From assembly GCF_003991155.1 (NCBI RefSeq), contig NZ_CP031293.1: a stretch of 64,000 bases of DNA; one strand, written 5' to 3'. This stretch comes from Escherichia coli (GTDB taxonomy: Bacteria; Pseudomonadota; Gammaproteobacteria; Enterobacterales; Enterobacteriaceae). The notes under the pieces were generated by a model. That model was given only the letters and a program-made list of their open reading frames with translations. It had not been told where the DNA came from and ran no database searches. Positions within the stretch are counted from its first letter, which is position 1; each line of letters opens with the position of its first letter. The translations under genes and the position numbers were made by a program. This document shows, in pieces, positions 34,192-42,497 of this stretch.

Positions 34192-35412
34192 ATGAAATAC
34201 CACTCAGAACCTCTGGTTCCCCATAAATCTGCCCTGATGCAAATGCCCGCAAATCTCCTTGCCGAAGATGTCTGTTTACCTGCCGCGATCATTAAAAAGC
34301 AGGCCCTGGAGAACAACATTACGTGGATGCAACGCTACGCTGACGCGCGCGGCGTTTCACTGGCACCGCACGGTAAAACCACCATGACGCCGTGGATTTT
34401 TCAGGCGCAGCAGGCGGCTGGTGCCTGGGCAATAGGTGTCGGTAGCGCATGGCAGGCTGGTGCGGCAATGGCGAGCGGTATTCAGCGAGTGCTGATGGTT
34501 AACCAGCTGGTCGGCAAGGCGAATATGCAGTTGATTGCCCAGTTGCAACGACATTACCCGACGGTCGATTTTATCTGCTGTATCGACAGCATTGAGAACG
34601 CCCGCGCTTTGTCTGCCTTTTTTGCCAGTCAGCAACAGACACTGAACGTGATGATTGAGTTGGGTGTCCCCGGCGGGCGCTGTGGTTGCCGCTCAAGGGA
34701 TGCCGCACTGACACTGGCTAAACAGGCAGCCCAATTACCGGGGTTACGCCTGCGGGGGCTTGAGTTATATGAAGGCGTTTTACACGGTGACGCTCCACAA
34801 CCGCAGGTAGAAGCTCTGCTGCGGGATGCCGCACAACTGGCCTGTGATATGGCAAGTCTGGTTGATGGCGAGTTTATTCTCACCGGAGCAGGCACGGTCT
34901 GGTATGACGTGGTGTGCAATATCTGGCTGGCGGCAGAAAAGCCTGATAACTGCCGCATTGTTATTCGCCCTGGCTGCTACATCACTCACGACACCGGGAT
35001 CTACGACGCGGCACAACAACAGTTGCTTGCCCGTGATCCTGTGGCCTGCGATCTGGCAGGCGATCTCACATCTGCGCTGGAACTGGTCGCCATGGTGCAA
35101 TCGGTGCCGGAAGCTGATCGTGCGGTGGTAAATTTTGGTAAGCGTGATTGCGCCTTCGACGCCGGACTGCCGCAACCAGTCGCCCACTACCGCAACGGCA
35201 AATCACTGGCATTTGATCCACAGGCGATTCGCAGTACAGGTATTATGGATCAGCACTGCATGTTGCAACTGTCAGCTAATAGCGACGTGCAAGTGGGGGA
35301 TATTCTGGTGTTTGGCACATCGCATCCGTGCCTGACCTTCGACAAATGGAAAACGTTGTTATTGACTGATGACGACTACAACGTACTGGCAGAATTAGAC
35401 ACTCTCTTCTAA
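34192..35412 (+). CDS. DSD1-family PLP-dependent enzyme (alanine-racemase-fold D-serine dehydratase / D-threonine aldolase-like)
   Basis: 406 aa; putative PLP-lysine motif LAPHGKTTM near the N-terminus; divergent from the deacylase gene. Confidence 0.65.
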   Translation: MKYHSEPLVPHKSALMQMPANLLAEDVCLPAAIIKKQALENNITWMQRYADARGVSLAPHGKTTMTPWIFQAQQAAGAWAIGVGSAWQAGAAMASGIQRVLMVNQLVGKANMQLIAQLQRHYPTVDFICCIDSIENARALSAFFASQQQTLNVMIELGVPGGRCGCRSRDAALTLAKQAAQLPGLRLRGLELYEGVLHGDAPQPQVEALLRDAAQLACDMASLVDGEFILTGAGTVWYDVVCNIWLAAEKPDNCRIVIRPGCYITHDTGIYDAAQQQLLARDPVACDLAGDLTSALELVAMVQSVPEADRAVVNFGKRDCAFDAGLPQPVAHYRNGKSLAFDPQAIRSTGIMDQHCMLQLSANSDVQVGDILVFGTSHPCLTFDKWKTLLLTDDDYNVLAELDTLF

Positions 35413-35536
35413 GAACGCCCCTTCGGTTAATTATCGAAGGGGCATTTTTATTGTGATCTCAATCACATATCCACCCGACGAATAATTCTTGCCCAACCGC
35501 TCACCGCCATTCCTGACCGCTTACATCCCTAAAATA

Positions 35537-35559
35537 ACCACTCAGTTATTTACCTTACT
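35537..35559. promoter_or_regulatory. Possible BtsR (YehT) direct-repeat binding site upstream of btsT
   Basis: ACCACTCA ... ACCTTACT direct-repeat-like motifs about 130 bp upstream of btsT; weak match, from memory of the ACC(G/A)CT(C/T)A motif. Confidence 0.3.
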
Positions 35560-35679
35560 TTACGCGCGCGTAACTCTGGCAACATCACTGCAGGATAGCG
35601 GTCAATTTACCTCCTCAAACGCAACGCAAACCTAGAACGGCTTCGGCCAACTATTAATCAATACATGCCAGGTTTTACT

Positions 35680-37830
35680 ATGGATACTAAAAAGATATTC
35701 AAGCACATACCCTGGGTGATTCTCGGAATCATCGGTGCATTCTGCCTCGCGGTAGTTGCATTACGTCGGGGGGAGCACGTCAGTGCCCTGTGGATCGTGG
35801 TCGCCTCTGTGTCGGTGTATCTGGTGGCTTATCGCTACTACAGTCTGTACATCGCCCAGAAGGTGATGAAACTCGACCCCACGCGCGCGACGCCTGCGGT
35901 TATTAACAACGACGGTCTGAACTATGTTCCGACCAACCGTTACGTGTTGTTTGGTCACCACTTCGCCGCTATCGCCGGTGCTGGTCCGCTGGTTGGTCCG
36001 GTTCTCGCCGCGCAGATGGGCTACCTGCCTGGCACGCTGTGGCTGCTGGCGGGGGTAGTGCTGGCCGGTGCGGTACAGGACTTTATGGTGCTGTTTATCT
36101 CCTCTCGCCGTAACGGCGCATCTCTCGGTGAGATGATCAAAGAAGAGATGGGACCAGTACCGGGGACTATCGCGCTGTTTGGCTGTTTCTTAATCATGAT
36201 CATCATCCTTGCCGTCCTGGCGCTGATTGTGGTTAAAGCCCTGGCCGAAAGTCCGTGGGGTGTCTTCACCGTTTGCTCAACCGTACCGATTGCGCTGTTT
36301 ATGGGTATCTACATGCGCTTTATTCGTCCGGGGCGTGTGGGTGAAGTCTCTGTCATTGGTATCGTGCTGCTGGTTGCCTCTATCTACTTCGGTGGCGTGA
36401 TTGCTCACGATCCGTACTGGGGTCCGGCACTGACCTTTAAAGACACCACCATTACCTTCGCGCTGATTGGCTATGCGTTTGTTTCCGCACTGCTGCCAGT
36501 GTGGCTGATCCTCGCACCGCGCGACTATCTGGCAACCTTCCTGAAAATCGGCGTTATCGTCGGCCTGGCGCTGGGTATCGTGGTGTTGAACCCGGAACTG
36601 AAAATGCCTGCGATGACCCAGTACATTGACGGTACTGGCCCGCTGTGGAAAGGCGCTCTGTTCCCGTTCCTGTTCATCACCATCGCCTGTGGTGCGGTAT
36701 CTGGCTTCCACGCGCTGATCTCTTCCGGTACGACGCCGAAACTGCTGGCTAACGAAACCGACGCGCGTTTCATCGGCTACGGCGCAATGCTGATGGAATC
36801 CTTCGTGGCGATTATGGCGCTGGTTGCTGCGTCCATCATCGAACCGGGTCTTTACTTCGCGATGAACACCCCGCCTGCTGGCCTTGGCATCACCATGCCT
36901 AACCTGCATGAAATGGGTGGCGAGAACGCGCCGATCATCATGGCGCAGCTGAAAGACGTTACCGCACACGCGGCAGCGACCGTCAGCTCCTGGGGCTTCG
37001 TGATTTCGCCAGAGCAGATCCTGCAAACCGCGAAAGACATTGGTGAGCCTTCTGTCCTGAACCGTGCAGGTGGTGCGCCGACGCTGGCGGTAGGTATCGC
37101 TCACGTGTTCCACAAAGTGCTGCCGATGGCTGACATGGGCTTCTGGTATCACTTCGGTATTCTGTTCGAAGCCCTGTTCATCCTGACCGCGCTGGATGCG
37201 GGTACCCGTTCTGGTCGCTTTATGCTTCAAGACCTGCTGGGTAACTTCATCCCGTTCCTGAAAAAAACCGACTCTCTGGTTGCCGGTATCATCGGTACTG
37301 CGGGCTGTGTGGGTCTGTGGGGCTACCTGCTGTATCAGGGCGTGGTCGATCCGCTGGGCGGCGTTAAGAGCCTGTGGCCGCTGTTCGGTATCTCCAACCA
37401 GATGCTGGCAGCCGTAGCGCTGGTACTGGGCACCGTTGTGCTGATTAAGATGAAGCGCACCCAATACATCTGGGTAACTGTTGTTCCGGCTGTATGGCTG
37501 CTTATCTGCACCACCTGGGCGCTGGGCCTGAAACTGTTCAGCACCAACCCGCAGATGGAAGGCTTCTTCTACATGGCAAGCCAGTACAAAGAGAAGATTG
37601 CTAACGGTACTGACCTGACGGCACAGCAGATTGCCAACATGAACCACATCGTTGTGAACAACTACACCAACGCAGGTCTGAGTATTCTGTTCCTGATTGT
37701 GGTGTACAGCATCATCTTCTACGGTTTCAAAACCTGGCTGAAGGTGCGTAACAGCGACAAACGTACTGACAAAGAAACTCCGTACGTTCCAATCCCGGAA
37801 GGCGGCGTGAAGATCTCTTCGCACCACTAA
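35680..37830 (+). CDS. btsT: Pyruvate/H+ symporter BtsT (CstA family)
   Basis: ORF 35665..37830; large polytopic CstA-like membrane protein; probable start MDTKKIFKHIPW. Confidence 0.9.
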   Translation: MDTKKIFKHIPWVILGIIGAFCLAVVALRRGEHVSALWIVVASVSVYLVAYRYYSLYIAQKVMKLDPTRATPAVINNDGLNYVPTNRYVLFGHHFAAIAGAGPLVGPVLAAQMGYLPGTLWLLAGVVLAGAVQDFMVLFISSRRNGASLGEMIKEEMGPVPGTIALFGCFLIMIIILAVLALIVVKALAESPWGVFTVCSTVPIALFMGIYMRFIRPGRVGEVSVIGIVLLVASIYFGGVIAHDPYWGPALTFKDTTITFALIGYAFVSALLPVWLILAPRDYLATFLKIGVIVGLALGIVVLNPELKMPAMTQYIDGTGPLWKGALFPFLFITIACGAVSGFHALISSGTTPKLLANETDARFIGYGAMLMESFVAIMALVAASIIEPGLYFAMNTPPAGLGITMPNLHEMGGENAPIIMAQLKDVTAHAAATVSSWGFVISPEQILQTAKDIGEPSVLNRAGGAPTLAVGIAHVFHKVLPMADMGFWYHFGILFEALFILTALDAGTRSGRFMLQDLLGNFIPFLKKTDSLVAGIIGTAGCVGLWGYLLYQGVVDPLGGVKSLWPLFGISNQMLAAVALVLGTVVLIKMKRTQYIWVTVVPAVWLLICTTWALGLKLFSTNPQMEGFFYMASQYKEKIANGTDLTAQQIANMNHIVVNNYTNAGLSILFLIVVYSIIFYGFKTWLKVRNSDKRTDKETPYVPIPEGGVKISSHH

Positions 37831-37838
37831 CCGTGTTT

Positions 37839-37866
37839 AGCCCCGCTTCGGCGGGGCTTTGTTCTT
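37839..37866 (+). terminator. Rho-independent terminator after btsT
   Basis: Stem AGCCCCGC/GCGGGGCT with TTCG loop followed by TTGTTCTT. Confidence 0.7.
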
Positions 37867-37879
37867 ATCAGAGTGAACT

Positions 37880-38083
37880 ATGTTTGGTAACTTAGGACAG
37901 GCAAAAAAATATCTCGGCCAGGCGGCGAAGATGTTGATTGGCATTCCAGACTACGACAACTACGTCGAGCATATGAAGACCAACCATCCCGACAAGCCGT
38001 ACATGAGCTATGAAGAATTCTTCCGCGAACGCCAGAACGCACGCTACGGCGGCGATGGTAAAGGCGGTATGCGCTGTTGTTAA
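37880..38083 (+). CDS. yjiX: Small protein YjiX (DUF466)
   Basis: 67 aa [33 protein letters not shown]...; directly follows btsT. Confidence 0.85.
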
Positions 38084-38093
38084 CGGAGAGAGC

Positions 38094-39050
38094 ATGAACC
38101 CGATTGCAGTTACCCTACTCACCGGTTTTTTAGGCGCGGGCAAAACTACCCTGCTGCGCCATATTCTTAACGAACAGCACGGCTACAAGATTGCCGTGAT
38201 TGAAAACGAATTCGGCGAAGTCTCCGTTGATGATCAACTGATTGGCGACCGCGCCACGCAGATCAAAACGCTGACCAACGGCTGCATCTGCTGTTCGCGC
38301 TCCAACGAGCTGGAAGACGCACTACTCGACCTGCTGGATAATCTCGACAAGGGCAATATTCAGTTCGACCGTCTGGTCATTGAATGCACCGGCATGGCCG
38401 ATCCCGGCCCGATTATTCAGACCTTTTTCTCCCATGAGATTTTATGCCAGCGCTACCTGCTGGACGGCGTGATTGCGCTGGTGGATGCGGTACATGCCGA
38501 TGAGCAGATGAACCAGTTCACCATCGCCCAGTCACAGGTTGGCTACGCCGACCGTATTCTGCTGACTAAAACCGACGTCGCAGGCGAAGCAGAAAAACTG
38601 CGTGAACGCCTGGCGCGCATCAACGCCCGTGCACCGATCTACACCGTCACCCACGGCGACATCGACCTGGGCCTGCTGTTCAACACCAACGGTTTTATGC
38701 TGGAAGAGAACGTCGTCAGCACCAAACCGCGTTTCCACTTTATCGCGGACAAACAAAACGATATTTCGTCGATTGTGGTGGAACTGGATTACCCGGTAGA
38801 TATCAGCGAAGTTTCCCGCGTGATGGAAAACCTGCTGCTGGAGTCGGCGGATAAACTACTGCGTTACAAAGGGATGCTATGGATTGACGGCGAACCTAAT
38901 CGCCTGCTGTTCCAGGGCGTCCAACGCCTCTACAGCGCCGACTGGGACCGCCCGTGGGGCGATGAAACACCGCATAGCACAATGGTGTTTATCGGGATTC
39001 AGCTGCCGGAGGATGAGATTCGGGCGGCGTTTGCGGGGTTGAGGAAGTAA
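38094..39050 (+). CDS. yjiA: CobW/COG0523-family metal-chaperone GTPase YjiA
   Basis: ORF 38010..39050; product from MNPIAVTLLTGFLGAGKTTLL (P-loop) with CxCC motif GCICCS; 318 aa. Confidence 0.9.
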   Translation: MNPIAVTLLTGFLGAGKTTLLRHILNEQHGYKIAVIENEFGEVSVDDQLIGDRATQIKTLTNGCICCSRSNELEDALLDLLDNLDKGNIQFDRLVIECTGMADPGPIIQTFFSHEILCQRYLLDGVIALVDAVHADEQMNQFTIAQSQVGYADRILLTKTDVAGEAEKLRERLARINARAPIYTVTHGDIDLGLLFNTNGFMLEENVVSTKPRFHFIADKQNDISSIVVELDYPVDISEVSRVMENLLLESADKLLRYKGMLWIDGEPNRLLFQGVQRLYSADWDRPWGDETPHSTMVFIGIQLPEDEIRAAFAGLRK

Positions 39051-39061
39051 TTTTGGATGAT

Positions 39062-39092
39062 GGCCGCCATGTGGCGGCCTGAATTATTTTTT
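39062..39092. terminator. Bidirectional hairpin terminator between convergent yjiA and brnA
   Basis: Inverted repeat GGCCGCCA/TGGCGGCC followed by a T-run (TGAATTATTTTTT). Confidence 0.6.
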
Positions 39093-39386
39093 GTTCTGAT
39101 CGCGCAGCATCGCTTCACGTAAAATTGCGTTCAGGCGAGTTTGATAGCCTTTACCTGGTCGCTTCAACCATTCCATCACATCAGAATCAATACGCACCGA
39201 GGCCTGAGTTTTCAATGGCCGATAAAACTTACCGCGTTCTGCGTTAGACCATTGCTCATCGCTGGAAGGTGGGATATCACTGTAATCAATATCTTCGTCG
39301 GATTTATTCGCCAGCGCCTTCAGTTCGGCCTCATGCTGCACATCGAGTGTAGAGGAGGTCCCTCGTTTATGTTTAACCATGCTCAT
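39084..39386 (-). CDS. brnA: BrnA-like antitoxin (COG3514 / DUF4415 family)
   Basis: About 100 aa from an internal ATG of ORF 39084..39527; motifs IDYSDIP and VRIDSDVMEWLKRPGKGYQTRLNAILREAM typical of BrnA; start overlaps the upstream toxin gene. Confidence 0.75.
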   Translation of the reverse strand: MSMVKHKRGTSSTLDVQHEAELKALANKSDEDIDYSDIPPSSDEQWSNAERGKFYRPLKTQASVRIDSDVMEWLKRPGKGYQTRLNAILREAMLRDQNKK

Positions 39387-39687
39387 AGCGATTCCTCTCT
39401 TTACGATCTGCTTTTCGTGCACTGATGATTCGAATAATTTCATTTCCGCTTTCGAAACGGATGGTATGCGCAACCAGAATAACCACGATGCCGTAAACCA
39501 GGCCGATTGTCTGCCAGCGATACTCACCGTTTTCTATGCGTTCTTGCTGTGACAAATGTTGTGGATCATCAAACACTAACACCGCATCTTCAAAGCGGAT
39601 GCCATGTTTCACCCGATTACTTTTGGCCTTGTTTGCATCCCATTCAAACTCCATTGGCATAGTTGCCATCCCTAATTGTATATACAA
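39373..39687 (-). CDS. brnT: BrnT-like toxin (COG2929 ribonuclease, RelE-like fold)
   Basis: 104-aa ORF (true start may be internal); motifs EFEWDANKAKSNRVKHGIRFEDAVLVFDDP and IRIISARKA typical of BrnT; toxin-first order with 14-nt overlap onto brnA. Confidence 0.75.
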   Translation of the reverse strand: MYIQLGMATMPMEFEWDANKAKSNRVKHGIRFEDAVLVFDDPQHLSQQERIENGEYRWQTIGLVYGIVVILVAHTIRFESGNEIIRIISARKADRKERNRYEHG

Positions 39688-39856
39688 AAATGTATCTACA
39701 ATTATTCTGCAATTATAGCGTTGATGTTGGAAATAGCATCACGTTTTGGATAATCAACCATGAAATTGACAATGAGTGAGTTGGACTTGATTCATCCAAT
39801 AGAATTTCTCGCCTGACATGGCACACTAAACACCTCGCTGTCGTTAAGGGATTACC

Positions 39857-41023
39857 GTGAAAAACTACAAAGTCATTACCCCGCTTTTTCCTACCTATGC
39901 GCAAGTTAAGGCTATGATGAAAGCCGTCTCAGGCTATTCCCTGAAAGCGGTGCGCAATATGATTACTGCCATTCACGAGCAAACCGGTACGCCGCAAAAA
40001 CCCGTTGACTGGTCAGAACCCGACCTGTGGATCAGCGAGCGCTTAACGGGTGAAGATGCCGACATCGCCCGTCGTATTTGGGATACCGATAATCACATCT
40101 TGAACCCGCGCCACAGCTACGGCTGCTACTTATTCCTCAACTATCCCCAGTTTGAGCTGATGGAAAGCACACCAGATGATATCTGGCAGCCCACCTCGCG
40201 CGGGCAAAAATTCCTGCAAGATGACGAAAAAACGCTGCGTTCACTGGACGACCAGGAAGGCATTCTGCAACTGCTTGAGCTGCTGGCTGGCCGGGAAATG
40301 TCGCGCCGCGCCGATTTATTGCCGGAATGGCAGGCCTTTTTGCATCAGCATTCGAAATTCGCGTCAGCAAGTTCAGTGAAAAGCACGCTCTACTCCCGTC
40401 TCTATAACCTTATCGACCGTGACATGGTTAACCGTGAAGGCATGAGCTATCGCATCACCGATACCGGGCGCGCCTGGCTTGGAAAAGCGTTGCCAGCACG
40501 AAAAAGCGATCCGCGTAAAGAGCTGTTGGAAGCGGTAAAACGCTATAACGAACAGCAAAAAGAGCTGCTGCGCGAACAAATCAGCACGATGAACCCGTAC
40601 AAATTTGAGCAACTGGTTGGTCAATTACTGGAAGCAATGGGCTACGAGCAGGTCGAAGTGACCAAAGCCTCAGGCGACAAAGGTGTGGACGTGATTGGTC
40701 AGGTGCAGGTCGGCATCACCACTATTACCGAAGTGGTGCAGGTCAAAAGAATGCAGAACACTATCACTCGCCCGTATATCGACCAGTTGCGCGGGGCGTT
40801 GCCTTACCACAAAGCCATTCGCGGTACGCTCATCACCACCGGGAAATTTGCGGCGAAATGTGCAGAAGCGGCGCTCTTTCCGGGTGCCGCGCCCATTACG
40901 CTTATCGACGGCGATCGTTTACTGGAACTGTTAATCGAAAATAACGTCGGCATTCGCCGCAGCAATGCAGTGGAATTGCTGGATGTGGATTTGCAGTTGT
41001 TTGATGAGCTGGAGATGGATTAA
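39857..41023 (+). CDS. Mrr-family (type IV-like) restriction endonuclease with extended N-terminal region
   Basis: 388 aa with GTG start; C-terminal Mrr catalytic-like core (NPYKFEQLVGQLLEAMGY...SGDKGVDVIG...EVVQVKR) and an Mrr-like C-terminal tail; N-terminal half about 80 aa longer than K-12 Mrr (304 aa, from memory). Confidence 0.7.
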   Translation: MKNYKVITPLFPTYAQVKAMMKAVSGYSLKAVRNMITAIHEQTGTPQKPVDWSEPDLWISERLTGEDADIARRIWDTDNHILNPRHSYGCYLFLNYPQFELMESTPDDIWQPTSRGQKFLQDDEKTLRSLDDQEGILQLLELLAGREMSRRADLLPEWQAFLHQHSKFASASSVKSTLYSRLYNLIDRDMVNREGMSYRITDTGRAWLGKALPARKSDPRKELLEAVKRYNEQQKELLREQISTMNPYKFEQLVGQLLEAMGYEQVEVTKASGDKGVDVIGQVQVGITTITEVVQVKRMQNTITRPYIDQLRGALPYHKAIRGTLITTGKFAAKCAEAALFPGAAPITLIDGDRLLELLIENNVGIRRSNAVELLDVDLQLFDELEMD

Positions 41024-41067
41024 AGGGCGAAATCTGCCGCCTCTACCATTACAATACGGAGTTCATC

Positions 41068-41244
41068 GTGGTCAAAGCACCAACTAAAAAAGCCAAAGCA
41101 AAGAAAAGCTCTGAAGAAACATTATGTGATACCACAAACCAATTTCGTGGTAGCGTTGAGTCCTCCGAATACAAGCACGTGGTGTTAAGCCTCGTGCTCC
41201 AGAAACTCATCAGCGATAAGTTTGAAGCACGCCGCAAAAAATGA
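41068..41244 (+). pseudogene. Type I R-M methyltransferase HsdM N-terminal fragment (about 58 codons, then stop)
   Basis: GTG start with GGAG RBS; translation ...LCDTTNQFRGSVESSEYKHVVLSLVLQKLISDKFEARRKK* resembles the HsdM N-terminal domain; ends at TGA within an A6 tract. Confidence 0.5.
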
Positions 41245-41903
41245 TTGCCGAAGCGTTAAAAGCTGATGGGATGGAAGAAATTTATTTTTCTGGCGACAAA
41301 AAAGCGGAATCTATCGATATTTTTGACGAAGATTATCTGGCGCGAATTAACAAGATCAAACTTCCAGCAACGAAGATCCTGTTATTACAAAAATTACTGG
41401 AAAAAGCGATCAGCGAGTTCAGGAAAGTGAACCAGTTGCAAGGGATTAACTTCACCCGCCGCTTCCAGGCGATTATAGATCGTTATAATGAGCGGCGAGA
41501 AGATGATGTACTCAACGGTGAAGAATTCGATACATTCAGTCAGGAAATGATTGATATTATCTATGATATTAAAACCGAAATGGGCACCTGGGCCGATTTA
41601 GGCATTGATATTGAAGAAAAAGCCTTTTTCGACATTCTTGCTCATATGCGCGATAAATATCAGTTCACCTATGACGATGAAAAAATGCTGTCACTGGCAA
41701 AAGAGATGAAAAGCGTTGTTGACAACACATCGAAATATCCTGACTGGAGTAAACGCGATGATATTAAAGCGAAACTGAAAGTTGAACTTATTCTGCTTCT
41801 ACACAAGCATAAGTTCCCGCCAGTAGCGAATGATGATGTTTATATGGGTGTGCTGGCACAGGCAGAGAATTTTAAAGAACATCATATGAGTGCTTTAAAT
41901 TAA
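41241..41903 (+). pseudogene. Type I restriction enzyme HsdR C-terminal fragment (DUF3387-like)
   Basis: 220-aa ORF starting at the ATGA overlap with the upstream fragment; motifs LGIDIEEKAFFDIL and ...LLLHKHKFPP... resemble the HsdR C-terminal domain as I recall it; no helicase/nuclease core present. Confidence 0.5.
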
Positions 41904-41910
41904 TTATGAA

Positions 41911-41936
41911 GGCCGGATACACTTTGTTATCCGGCC
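41911..41936 (+). terminator. Stem-loop (possible terminator) after the hsdR remnant
   Basis: 9-bp perfect inverted repeat GGCCGGATA/TATCCGGCC with 8-nt loop; no strong T-run. Confidence 0.4.
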
Positions 41937-42022
41937 ATTCTGAATTAACGTTAATTTCTCTTCCAGATCTTTCCAGTAACGCTTTTATTATTTTCTATTT
42001 TTAGCTGGACTTTCCCTGTATT

Positions 42023-42042
42023 TACTGATGATATATCCAGGT
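42023..42042. promoter_or_regulatory. LexA (SOS) box in the symE promoter: TACTGATGATATATCCAGGT
   Basis: CTG-N10-CAG with AT-rich centre, about 75 bp upstream of the symE start codon. Confidence 0.7.
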
Positions 42043-42059
42043 ATTTAGCGCGGTGCGAA

Positions 42060-42136
42060 TGTGCGCCAACACACCCGCACCGCTCATCACAATCCCTATT
42101 TCACGAGAATAGTAATCATGACTGACACGCATTCTA
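42060..42136 (-). ncRNA. symR: Probable SymR antisense sRNA (antitoxin of SymE), approximate coordinates
   Basis: Inferred from the known cis-antisense arrangement over the symE RBS and start codon; boundaries not determined from sequence. Confidence 0.35.
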
Positions 42137-42456
42137 TTGCACAACCGTTCGAAGCAGAAGTCTCCCCGGCAAATAACCGTCAATTAACCGTGAGTTATGC
42201 GAGCCGCTACCCGGATTACAGCCGTATTCCCGCCATCACCCTGAAAGGTCAGTGGCTGGAAACCGCCGGTTTTGCTACCGGCACGGCGGTAGATGTCAAA
42301 GTGATGGAAGGCTGTATTGTCCTCACCGCCCAACCACCCGCCGCCGAAGAGAGCGAACTGATGCAGTCACTGCGCCAGGTGTGCAAGCTGTCGGCGCGTA
42401 AACAAAGGCAGGTGCAGGATTTTATTGGGGTGATTAGTAGCAAAACGCCACGCTAA
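42118..42456 (+). CDS. symE: SOS-induced toxin SymE (AbrB-fold RNA-cleaving protein)
   Basis: ORF 42061..42456; product [48 protein letters not shown]... matches SymE. Confidence 0.88.
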   Translation: MTDTHSIAQPFEAEVSPANNRQLTVSYASRYPDYSRIPAITLKGQWLETAGFATGTAVDVKVMEGCIVLTAQPPAAEESELMQSLRQVCKLSARKQRQVQDFIGVISSKTPR

Positions 42457-42497
42457 GTTTCTCTCCCCTTCCCCATACGGAAAGGGGAATTGCCCCC

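Noticed and set aside
36277-37827. 516-aa reverse-strand ORF inside btsT
   Set aside because: Antisense to the btsT coding region; Arg/His-rich shadow frame.
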